DNA of 58,731 nt from Candidatus Omnitrophota bacterium (GTDB taxonomy: Bacteria; Omnitrophota; Gorgyraeia; 2-02-FULL-51-18): contig JAHFFN010000005.1 in NCBI GenBank assembly GCA_023247915.1, positions 1-58,731 on the forward strand, written 5' to 3'. Numbering within the stretch: position 1 is the stretch's first letter; the number at the start of each line of letters is the position of its first letter. This document shows, in pieces, positions 20,601 through 32,600 of this stretch. The notes beneath the pieces were generated by a model. That model was not told the origin of the DNA, searched no databases, and worked only from the letters and a program-made list of their open reading frames with translations. A program made the position numbers and the translations under genes.

Positions 20601-23600
20601 CCTGGCAAGTTGAGCGGAGAGCCAAAAAAGCGCAGATCCGGAAATGGATGAAACAGATTAGAGTGGTTCTGACGGATAGTTTCGTTGAAGATATTGACGA
20701 CGATATATACCTACTGCTAGAAGAAAAAAAGAGCACTCAGGGATGGTCTGACCGTGAAAGTGTCGCTCATCAATTAGCTGACACCAAGTCTCTAAAAGTT
20801 GTTAAAGCTCTGAGCAAGTCATTATTGAATGATAGAGTGGCGAGAGTGCGCATTGCCGCCGCTAATTCTCTGGCGAATATCGGCTTCTCAGAGGCGATCC
20901 CCTCATTAATTAAAGCCTTGAAAGACGAAGATAAAGGGGTGCGCAATCAGGTTGTGCAGGCTCTGGGCGCGATTAAATCCCTTCGAGTGATTCGATCTCT
21001 GATCCCTATTTTGAAAGACAAAGATATCGAAGTTGTCCACTCTGTTGTTAAAGCGCTCGGCGATCTAGGATCTCCCAAAGCTGTCCCTGCTTTAATTGAA
21101 GTTTTGAAGCATGAGAACGAGGAGATCCGGGGGGAGGCTATTAAAGCTTTGGGGAATATTGGTTCTCCAGAAGCAATCCCGGCTTTGATCGAGTTACACG
21201 GAAAGGATGCCCATAGCGCTCCCATTATCGAGAAAGCCTTGGTCAGGATTTATAATAAAATGGATGGTTCTGCGGGGGCAAGACTGGCGAGTAAATTCAC
21301 CGCCGTGCCGTCGATGCTTGCTTTGACGCAGCTTCGTTTGTCCGAAACATCAAAAATGTCTTTCACTCCTCAGGGGATGCCCGAAGTTTTTGTGAATTAT
21401 GCCTATGTTGAAGATGCGGATCGATCTAATTTTACGGATCTCATTCAGGCCATTGCACCCGGCCTTATCAGTAAAGATCAAATTTCTTCGATTCGAGGCG
21501 CCGGAGTACTTTTTGCCGACGATACTCCTGATCGAAATTTGGGCTTAGGAGTTTTCTCTGCTTTAACATTTGTTGTGGATGGAGAACGTTATCTTGTTAC
21601 TTTATTCAAAAAAGACGATTTGTCGAAGAAAGCGCGTCTTGAGAAGATTACGCGCGCCTACTGGCAATTCATGTACGATCGGCCCGAATTAAGCACACAA
21701 GAGACGGAGCCTGTGTCGGTCACGGTCGCAAAAACAGAGGGTGATTGGAAAGCCGGCACTTTTAGAATTTGGCCCCAACAAAAAGGCGCTACTGCTGCCC
21801 GGCTGGCGGGTTCCCAGAAAAGAATGGATGCTATTGAGTATTCTATTAGGAGAGATCTGGAGCAGGTGGGCATTCATCACATTACTGATTTTAATCCCGA
21901 TCACCCTACGTCGCACGTGCTTGGAGTATTAAGGGATCTGTATCCTCTACAAAGTGGGGGCGTGGGTTATGCCTTAACTTCCGGAGAGGCTGATTCATGG
22001 GTGCGTCTAATGAATGTGCTTCGTTACGCAAATCAACACTTTAAGACCAATGAAATTTATATGGATATTCATTTTGACGCTCACGCAGTGAGGGCTTGGC
22101 TCAATGGCAAAGACCATCTTGTTGTTTCTATTAATTCGAATGCTGCCGGCCACTTCACGCTAGATTTTCATCCGAGGACGGATTTAAGAAAGCCTTTCTT
22201 GCAGGGACGCACCAGTCTTAGAGTTGACAGCGCCGGCCAGATCCACGAAGAAATCATCGGTGCCCGCCTGGCGGAATATGTTTCGCCGTTTGTGATTCAG
22301 CCGAGTTTTGATTTAAGCAATCCCACCCAAGTAATCGCTTCCGAGAACTTGCAGCGTCCTCCAGCAGCTGCTTCAGGCCGGCGAGATTTTATTCTTTATT
22401 TAGTCAAGGGAGACGGCAAATTTTATATTCGTTTAAATAAAAAAGAGGGTGTGGAGACAGGTCAATTTATCATAGGCTTGGAGAATCTAGGTGAAGCTTT
22501 TATTAGACGATATTTGTTCAATGACGATGGTTTAAATCTCAGTATTCTGAGTTTTTCCAGCCCGGAAAATAACTTCATAGAGTTTATTTATGGAGATTCT
22601 TACGATGCTCAACAAGCCGCTGTTATGTTCAAAGGAATTTTGGACAGTTATCACAGAAGCATAGTGACTCCAACAGGCACGCATGGTCAGACGGACGGAC
22701 CGAGAGATGAGGAAGGCGCCCGTCTGTCTTTGAAAAACAGTTCGGAGTTCGTAGTTCGGAGAAACCACCGATCGCAGTCATCAACCAGCCTTTCACTCCC
22801 AACCCCGAACTCAAACTCCGCCGCCCGGCTATCGAGTAGTAATATTCATGTTTATACTCCAGAACAATTTAACAGCCTTGTCCAAAATGGGCTGATAAAG
22901 CGCGGTGATATTATTTCATACGGCTCTGGCGGTAGCATGTTTTTTAGTGACGCTATTTTTGCACGGATGGCATTGGATAAAGATGGTAAACGTGGCACTG
23001 TTGTTTTGATTTTGAATGGAAGCGCAGATCAAAGGGAGAGCGAAATTAAATTTCGCGAGGGGATGATGTTCGCGGCGTCCGTCGACCTTATGCTTAAAAA
23101 TCAAAAATTAAATGCCCGAAAAGATGTTGAAGCGAACAGAAAGAAAGTCAAGGGTTCCGGGATCTTTAAACGGAAAGCATTGTATGTGCGGAAAACATTT
23201 TTTCCTTCCACCGTTCGCAATATCCATTGGGGGGAAAGAAGATTTTTCGTACAATTTGTTGAATCTCGAAATAACCGATTTAAGATTACAAGAGAGTCCG
23301 AATATCACGAGAAATACGATATCTACGAATTTATTTATAAGATTTCTATTCCTCCAGGAAAGATTCGCGGCATAGAAGATATTCATTTTCTTATGAGTTT
23401 GTTGGGTGATGGATTTCACGATAGGCGCTGGGGCTTTTATAGCAATACCGGTCCTTGGTGGAGAGATGATGAGGAATTTATAAGATGGTTCTCCAAAATC
23501 GCAAAGAAAATCGGAACATCCGCCTCTAGCCCCTCACCTCTAACCTCTTCCCTTGGTAGCGAAGCTACCAACTCCGGCGCTCGCCTGGCAAGTTTTTCGA

Positions 23601-26600
23601 AAGTGTTGATAACTGATTTCTTAAAAGACAATAGTCCTTTGGGTAAAAATGTATGGATCAAGATTAATAATGCGCCTACGAATGTTTCTTGGGCAAGGCA
23701 TGCAGAAGATGCTTGGATGATTCATGGTCATAACGGGCACATCGGCACTATTCCCAACATCGGTCTCCAGCCGCTTACAAGTAGGGATGTTGTGGCTATT
23801 GAAAGATTTTGGCCTATAGAAATGATCAGTGATCTTCTGAAAAGGAAACCCCAGAAACTTTTGATGGTGCAAAGCGGCGCAGGTAAAAATTATCTCGTGC
23901 GGGAAGATGGTTTGTTCTTGGAGGTGGATGCTAACGACGTGATACAAGCCTCATGGGGTCAACTTCAGGCCAATGCGCTTACGGATGATTTTCTAGGCCA
24001 ACTTCCTCAAGTCAAGGCGTGGATTAATGGAACATTTGGCTCAAAGAAATTTTGGCGGCAAATAGCGCCACATTTAACTCGTTTATTAAAATTTAATTCA
24101 CTGAGCGGCAGCCGGCTGGCGGAAGATAAAGGGGTGGAAGTGGAGCAGTTGATTGCATTTTCTCCTAAAGATCAATCCATCACAATTAATTCTCCTCTAG
24201 TGGCGCCAGCCGATAGGACAATTCATTTGTTTGGTGATGGGGAAACCACCTTTACTTTAATCACTTCCGAAGTTTTAGCGGAACAGCTTAATCGATGGGT
24301 ACCTGGATTTCCCAAAGGTGTTAGGGAGCGAATTTCGTTTCAACCCAACCCAGACTTAGCGGAGGGAGTGCTCATACTGGACTCTAGTCGTGAAAAAGGC
24401 GAGGAACGTATTGGTAGCCTCCTCTTGTGGGATGATCTCGAAGATTTAGCCCAGGATTTTGCGGCGTATCTTAACCCTTTTCTTAAATCGAGGATCCCCC
24501 AATTTCAAGAAAACTTATTCCAACGCTTGTTCACTTCTGGGTATTCACGATTGATTCGGCAGCGATTCGTTATCGGATCTTCGGTAAGCATGGGATCTAT
24601 TTGGATTTCATTTTTAGCTCCTTCCACGTTATGTCGATTTGTTTTGATGCCGATGTTGGAAAACACTAACAACAAAGAAGCCTTCGGATTCATTGCTTAT
24701 TTTGCGGGAGTCGCCATAGCGCTTCATCTATTCAATCGTTTGTCGGACAAACTTGCGGGCTCTAAATCAACAAAAGGCGCCCGCCTGGCCGCCGGCACAC
24801 TAAGTAGAGAAGAGACTAAAGACGCCAAGAGTTTGGCTGGAGAGATCGCTTCTAAAACAAGAGTTCAGTTATTGGGTATCCAGAAAAAACTTAAACTTCT
24901 ACAAGGATTTGACGAAGAGAAGGGTTTGACCAAAAAACAAGAGTCGACCACTATCAGCATTCGAAAATCGGCCCAAAAAATCGAGTCTCTGTCTTTGTTC
25001 GCATTGCTCAAAGAAGCTACGATTAGACCGGGACAGGAAGTTTTAATGGATACATTATCCACAAGAACCGGCAAAGAACTTCAATCAGACCCCCCACAGT
25101 TCGATCTAAAATATACAGCAACCATAATCTCTGTGTTGGCAGAGGATTTGCTTCTGACTGGCGAAAAAAGGTTTTTGCGGGGTATCCGTGCATCAGTTGA
25201 AAAAGCGGTCAGAATCGTTTCTAATTTGGCGGCTTACGCTTCTTCAGCAGAGCTAACGACGAATTTTAAGTCTGTGAGGAGTTTTAAAAAGAAACAATTC
25301 AGGATTATCGATCTAAGCAAATATTCCGCCGCCCGCCTGGCGACGCTTCCGTTGACGCAGCTTCGTTTGTCCGAAACATCGAAAATGTCCGCCACTCCTC
25401 AGGGGATGTTCGATGTTCTTGTGAAATACGCCTATGTTGAGGATGCGGATCGATCTAATTTTGCGGAGCTCATTCAAGCCATTGCGCCCGACCTCATCGC
25501 TAAAGATAAAACTTCTTCGATTCGAGGCGCCGGAATACTTTTTGCCGATGACACTCCTGATCAAAATTTGGGCTTAGGAGCTTTCTCCGCTTTAACATTC
25601 CTTTTGGATGGAAAGCGTTATCTCATTACTTTATTCAAAAAAGACGATCTGTCGCAGAAAGCGCGTCTCGAGAAGATTACACGTGCCTACTGGCAATTCA
25701 TGTACGATCGACCCGAATTAAGTGAACGAGAGGCGGATCCTGTGTCAGTCACGGTCGCAAAAACAGAGGGTGATTGGAAAGCCGGCACTTTTAGAATTTG
25801 GCCACAACAGAAAAGCGTCACTGCCGCCCGCCTGACGGGAAATAATTCGAAATTTATTCGAACTTTTCTCGCCGCGCTTTTGATTGGGGTGGGAGGCTGG
25901 TTTTTATCGAAGTCCGCTAAACAAGAAACCAAATCCGTTTCTTTGAAATTCAATTCTTGGTCTACTCAAGCTCCCGTTTTCTATCGATACCAAGCTCAGC
26001 AAGCGAGCTCCGGCAAAGTGATGACGCGCATGGCGAGTATTAAAACTTCTGAGAAAATCATTCTCAATGCCTCTCAAAAGCTGCGGATGATGATCCGAGC
26101 CAATCAAGTGAACCCTCAAAACAAAGAAGAAGCCATTACGCTGACTCTTATTGGCACCGATGCTTTTGGAAAACCTCTCAAAATTTATGCTGGTTATATG
26201 ACTTTTACTTCCAAAGGAACTTATGAGGCGGTGTTTTCATTGAATGAGCTGGGGCCACGAGTCATTCATGTGAACGAGCTCCTCCTTATGGGAGTACCCG
26301 TCACTTCCGCGGACGACAGAAGCTTTATCCCCGACTGGATTGTGAAAGACGAGATTGTCATCGAAGAAGCTGCTGTCCCCGGCGGCGCCCGGTTGGCGAA
26401 AAGAAATCAGCATTTTTTTGTTATTTGGGGAAGTTTTATAGCGCTCCTATTATTGCCGCTCATTCCTGAGTCGTCCAAAAAACTTGCTTCGCCGGCTGGT
26501 TTGGTCGAGAACACTAACGTCTCTATCGATAAAATTTATTCGGCTTTTGAGACGATTTCCAAGAAAGAGAAAAGCTTGGAGGAGCGCGAAAAAGCGGTTC

Positions 26601-29600
26601 AATTTTTGATAGCCAATATTCAATTTTCTTCTCAGCGAGATGAGATTGTTATTCAATTGATCAGCTCCTTCAAAGATCTCAGCATGAATGAAATCGCCAC
26701 TCTTGAGCATTATGTGGAGATTCTGGTCAAGCTAAGGCTAACCAAATCGGAAACCGAACAGGCGCTTCGTTCTTTAGAAGCCCTTCAGTCTAAACTTGCG
26801 ATCCATTCCACCGAGCTCACCTTTGCTCGTGCGAATGAGGCCACTTTATACGTCGCCACCAGCCTTCTTAAGCGTGTAGAAGAAGCCATAGCCACATTAT
26901 CTAAAAAACCCGCCGGTGCCCGCCTTGGGACGGGGCAAAAAGAAAGCCTGCCTTTTACTAAAGCTCAATTAGTTCGAATACATTCTGAGGGAGTGGCTAA
27001 GCTACCACGGAAAGATTATATCGTTGATTTAGCAATAGATAACCAGCCAACTCAAATTAGGGCGAATAGTCTCGTAACGACTCTTGAGCAGTTACAAGAG
27101 GGCGCTCTTTATGTGATACATGCTTTGCATGTTAACCATATTTCGGGGCAAATAAGCCTAGGTATTCATTCAGTGGTGGCAGCTGCGAGATTAAGTGGTT
27201 CGGCGATGAGAGCTATTTATTTATCGTTAACGATTATGCTTTCCGGCGTACTACAAACAGTTGCGGATACGGTGCAGTTTGCATTTGATAAAGGAAGAAC
27301 ATCCGTAACGGTGCTCGTCAATGGTAAGCCGCAACCGCGGAGCCGTCTCGTGGGCGCGAATTATCAACCGACAGAGCCCGGACAACACATCACTCATTAT
27401 CAGGAAGGCAAAATACGCGAGCTTGTCGCCCAGCTCCTTCCCAAAAATGACCCCACCTTGGTGGCGTTAGGACTTGGAGAGATGGGGAAGAATGATTTAG
27501 AGCGAATGAAAAAGACCGGCATCTACAACATCCATCTTTATCAGGTACCTTTGGAAGATAAAGCGGATATTGACGCGGTTAAGAAAATTTTAAGACGCGC
27601 TCACGAATTGAATAAAGATTTTTATGTGTCGGTCGGACATTGGGCGGGGCTCTGGTCTCAACCCGGTTCCCCTGAGCTTTCCGCTAACACGTACCAGGAG
27701 CGCATGAAAGTCGTCGACAGCGTGATGAATATGGTCAAGCTTTACGCCGAAGAGCCTTGGGCGGGTAAATGGGTGGTTGGCGTTGAAAATAATTATTATG
27801 CCAGAGGCGGCGCTTTTGCCGGCACCAAGTCTTTGCCGCTGCGCATTGGCAGTGAATACTACGACTTTATGGTGCAGCTCGCCGTCGCGATTAAATGGCA
27901 AGAGAGGCAGCTTAACACCGCCGCTAAGCCCGTGTATCATCCGGTGGTTTTGAGCAATGGCAGCCTCACGGAGTCTCAAGCTCAAATCATCAAGGAGATG
28001 AATGAGAAATGGGCTAAGGAATTGAATGGAGAATTGCCTGTTGATGCGATCGGGGGAACTTTTTATCCTGGAATTAATTTTGAGGGTCAAAAAGTAAGCG
28101 ACAATGGCATTGCAGAAGCATTTGAACATTTTGTTAAACTATCTTGGGAGATCGCGGGACTTCCGCTGGTTGTCGTTGAGACCGGACCCTGGGCTCAAAC
28201 CGTCAACTCCGACGAGCAAGTTCGTTGGTATGGCGCTGCGAAACCGGCATTTGTAAACACTGGCAAATTTGCTGGGATCGATATTTTTGAATTCATCAAT
28301 GAAGGCGGTTGGAAATCTCGCGAGACAGGCCGCGCCAGTGAAGATTGGTTTGGAATTTACACCAATGAAAGAGAGCCCAAGCTTTTTGCGCGTCAGGGAG
28401 CTTTCACCGGATTGAAATGGGAAGATGGCAAAGTCCTACCATTCGAACAGCCGGCCGCTTTAAAGCCTTTTCCGACGCAACCTGTTTTCTTGAGAACGCG
28501 CACAGCTTCTACACAAACTCCTGCGGCTGATAGCTCCATTATTCAACTCGAAGGCTTCCAGACTTGGAGCGGCGCCGGAGCTTTTTCAACGTATAAAGAT
28601 ACCCGAGTTAATTTAACCGGATACAAAACAGTTCGCCTTACTTTTAATACTACCGACGCTGGCGCTGAATTTTATATTCGTCTTTTAGATCCCGCCGGCG
28701 CTTACGACTCCAACTCAGGATCTATGGGTCCATTCCGAGTGCCCAAAGCTTCTGATGTGAATCAGCCGATTACGATGGAAATAGGAATCACCGGAGGAAA
28801 TATCAAACAATTTTCAATCCACACAGGAACGGTTTGGGATAATTCAACACACCTTCCCAAAAGAAATCTAGTCCCCATTAAAGTAGAGTTTTTAAAAACA
28901 CCCCCAGCCAAAAAAACCGGCGGCGCGCGGCTGTCCAATCAAGATTCGAATATGGACGTTGCGTCTATAGCCAAGATATTTTTTGAGCGTGTGTTGACGC
29001 CTGAAAACAGAGTCAAGATCTCTCGGTTTTTAGCGGATCATTTTTCTTCGCCTTTTTCTTCTCAGCCCGAGCGCTTATCCTTCGAGCATTCTGGCTACCG
29101 ACTGGTTTTGACCTCGGAGCCGAGTGGTACTGAGGAATTCCCATTAACCGTTTTGATTGAAAAGAAAATAGGGTCTTTTAATGCGGATGAAGTTGGCGCG
29201 TTTGAAGCGTATAACTTTTTGTTTCATGAGAGAGCCAGCGGTCTTAAAACTTTCGAAAAACAACTTTTAGCGTCTCGCGATTTTTCCAAGCCTTTGAAAG
29301 TGCAGTTTAACATGATGCCATTCGCTGCTTATATTGATTCTAAAAAGCCCGACCGAATTAATTTCGTCATGGAGTACCGTCGTGTCCCCACTGGCGCGCG
29401 TTTGGCGGCACCCGAGGCGTACACAACTCAAGTTTTTAAAGCAAAAGGTTCGGACTTTGCACACAAAATTACGGTGACGAAATCTCCCGATGGAGTCTTA
29501 GCGATTGATCTGCAGACGGACTCTTTTGTTGGTTATACCCTGGTAGGGCATTTTTCTTCAAACTTTGAAAGACCGCTTGAAGTCGATCCTGCTTTTTTGA

Positions 29601-32600
29601 GAGAGTTGTCCACTGAGTTTTCTTTTGATCATGATATTCTGCGTAGAATCAGAGAAATGATGCAGGTCATAAAAGCACAAAACGTGGAATGGTTCGCGGA
29701 AACAATCAAAACAGCTCTTGAAACAGGAAGCATAGAATTATACCCCGGCATCTCTCACCACGATGCGGCTATGGCTATTCTAGAGCAACCGTTATTTACG
29801 AAAAATCAATTCATTGGGGAGCATTCTCAAAGTCTGAGCCATGCAGAGCGCACGATCCTGTCGCGTATTTACCAAAGACATGGCCAACTAGGGGGACGTA
29901 GGGCTGACATCGCTACTCATCAAGCCGCGCGTTTGGCGACGGCCGTCAGCATCGACGAGCTAAAGAAAACCGATCCAGAGATAGCAGCGGCACTGGAACG
30001 AAGAGGTGTCAAATTTGTTTACAATCATAGGGACAAGAACCATACCGTGGACGTTCTGCGGGCGATGAGAGAGCATGGAGATTCTCCGTCGTGGTTGCAT
30101 TTTCTTAGCATTCTCGACCAAGCGGCAACGCATAGCGGGCTGGATGCCGTTTATTTTGGTCCTACGGTTGAAAAAGATTATTTTGATGCTAGCCTTGAAA
30201 AATATTTTACGCCATCACCCAAGCTAATCACGCTTTCTTTTACAGGGAACACCCTTAATTTCAAAGCGCAGAATCTAGAACCTAAAAAACATCAAATTCT
30301 TTTAAGTTTAGGGGCAAACTCTGATTCTTTGGCATGGCAGTTGACTCGCAAAGGCTATTTCGTTACTCAAGCAACCGATTATCATTATAACCATCCCCAG
30401 CAGTATGCATCGCACTCTTACACGGATTATGATTATTTGGTAACGGACAAAGCAGCGATTGCTGAGCATGCCCGTTCTGTAGATTCCGCCTTGTCGGTGA
30501 TTCAAACGCCTGAGCCGGGCGTTTCCCTGCGGGATGATTCCGCTATTGTCGAAGAGATTAGTCGAAGGACCGAGCTTCGCTTTTTAGGATTTGATAATTT
30601 TAATCCTCCGCTTGTTCATGACAATGGCGTTCATCAGACGCTAAATAAAAATGAGCAGATAATCTATTTTGATGTGAATTTTGACCGCTCATTGACAGAG
30701 AAAGAGCTCAAAAGATTGAAGGTACAGCTTTATTATGAAGATCCGCAGGGAGATGGAAACCAATGGTTTTCCGAAGAAGCGATAGAGCCTCTTAATGCTG
30801 AAGACCCTCATGGTTCTTATCAGTTCTCTGTTGCCCTGCATCCCCGGGTACGTCAATATAAAGTCAGAGTTTCTTGGGACGGGGGATATGCGTGGCACTA
30901 TTTTAAACCTCAAAATATCCAAGTGCATTATGCTCCCTCCGCCGGCGCGCGTTTGGCGGATTCGATACCGTCAGTAAGTCGTCAGTATTCGCTCACAGCG
31001 GCGCAGGCGGATGCCATCAAAAGATGGTTAACGCCATACACAGGGCAGACCGCTCCAAGCGTCCATCACTTTGTGCATTATTTTTTACGGGATAATTACG
31101 GCTTCATTATTCCGGCACGCGATGCAGGCATCTTAAAGGAGGAGGCCACTGTCGAGGTGCCGAATCGATCGATTCGTATCAATGATCAAGATGGAATTAC
31201 ATTTGTCCAGATGAGCCTCTCCGGAGACGGCCGCACTTTAACGTTAAAGGCTCTCGCGAAGGAAAAAAATTCCTACGGAAAAGATTCCAATGGACTGTTG
31301 GAAATATTTAAAGGCTATATTTCTACTACAGTAGAAAGTGAATTACATCCTGTCGTTGCCGCGCGTTTGGCGGCGGAAAATCTCGATCAGGGGGATGTAA
31401 TTTATATGGGCGGAACCGGTCCGCGGATTGTGCTGAAAAATGACAATCTTAAACCCGTCAAACCGACTCACAGAATACAAACTTTGCTTGTAGACGAGCA
31501 TCATCTAAACACTCCTGAATGGGCCACGCTTGACTGGTTTGAATCTCATTTCGAAACCGCCGTGCGGTATATGCCGAATAGGTTTTTTAATGGCCAGGGA
31601 GAGCCCTCAATTTATCAAACAGCTTTATTTCAGGTCACCGAGGGTTCTTATGCAGGCATTTATCATGGCATGCTAATAAGCGATCGAGATCCTGAGATGG
31701 CCGAGATCTTGAGTTATGAGCCCACCCAGCACACTTTATTGCCTTTCGAAGGAAGATTGATTCAAGTTGAAAAATCTAAAGTTAGGTTTTTCCCTCACAA
31801 GTCTTTGATGGTCGATAACTCGAGTACCGCCGCGTCTCGTGCGTTGAAAAGATATATTGATGAGAAGACTAAAGAGTGGGGCGACAAGAAGCCTTCCAAG
31901 GTTAAAGCGGGTTGGGATAGAGTTCACATTGAATGGAATGACGGATCTTCGCATACTTGGGATCTGACGAAGGGTGGCGATTTGGAATCGATCGCGTATT
32001 GGTTAAAGGGTAATTTATCCGAGCTTGATTCTATGCGCGCGATGATTGCCGAGGCCATCCGAAATGCAGCCGATTTTACTCCAGAGAACATTACTCGGAG
32101 AGCCAGAGAAGTCATCGCCAATGTATTGCGTGAAAAAGGGGTGAGTATAGATCAAATTGCCTTAGACACAGATCTTGAAACGTTGGGATTAGATTCGATA
32201 GATCATGTGGGAATGGTGTTGGATCTGGACGAAGAATTTGAAATCGATATTCCCGACGCCGCTTCCGCAGAATTCAAAACCCTGTCGGACGTGGTGCGCT
32301 GCATTCAGCAAATCAAAGCGCCCGAAGCTCCCGCCGCGCGTTTGGCGGGAAATGAATCCTTGGTCGAAGAGGTCAGAGCTTTTGACGCGGCGGCTTTGAA
32401 TCCTACAATTTGGGATAAAAACACGGGTCTTGCTATCGTCAAGCCCGCTCAAACGATCAATGAATTTCCGGAACCCATGCGGCCATTTTTGAGTGCAGCG
32501 ACGATTCATGATGAACGAGGAAATTTTACCCCGGGGCAACTTGTCACTTCTTCTCTCCAAATGCCCTCAGCGATGAATACGCCTGGTCTGAAAGAGAAAA

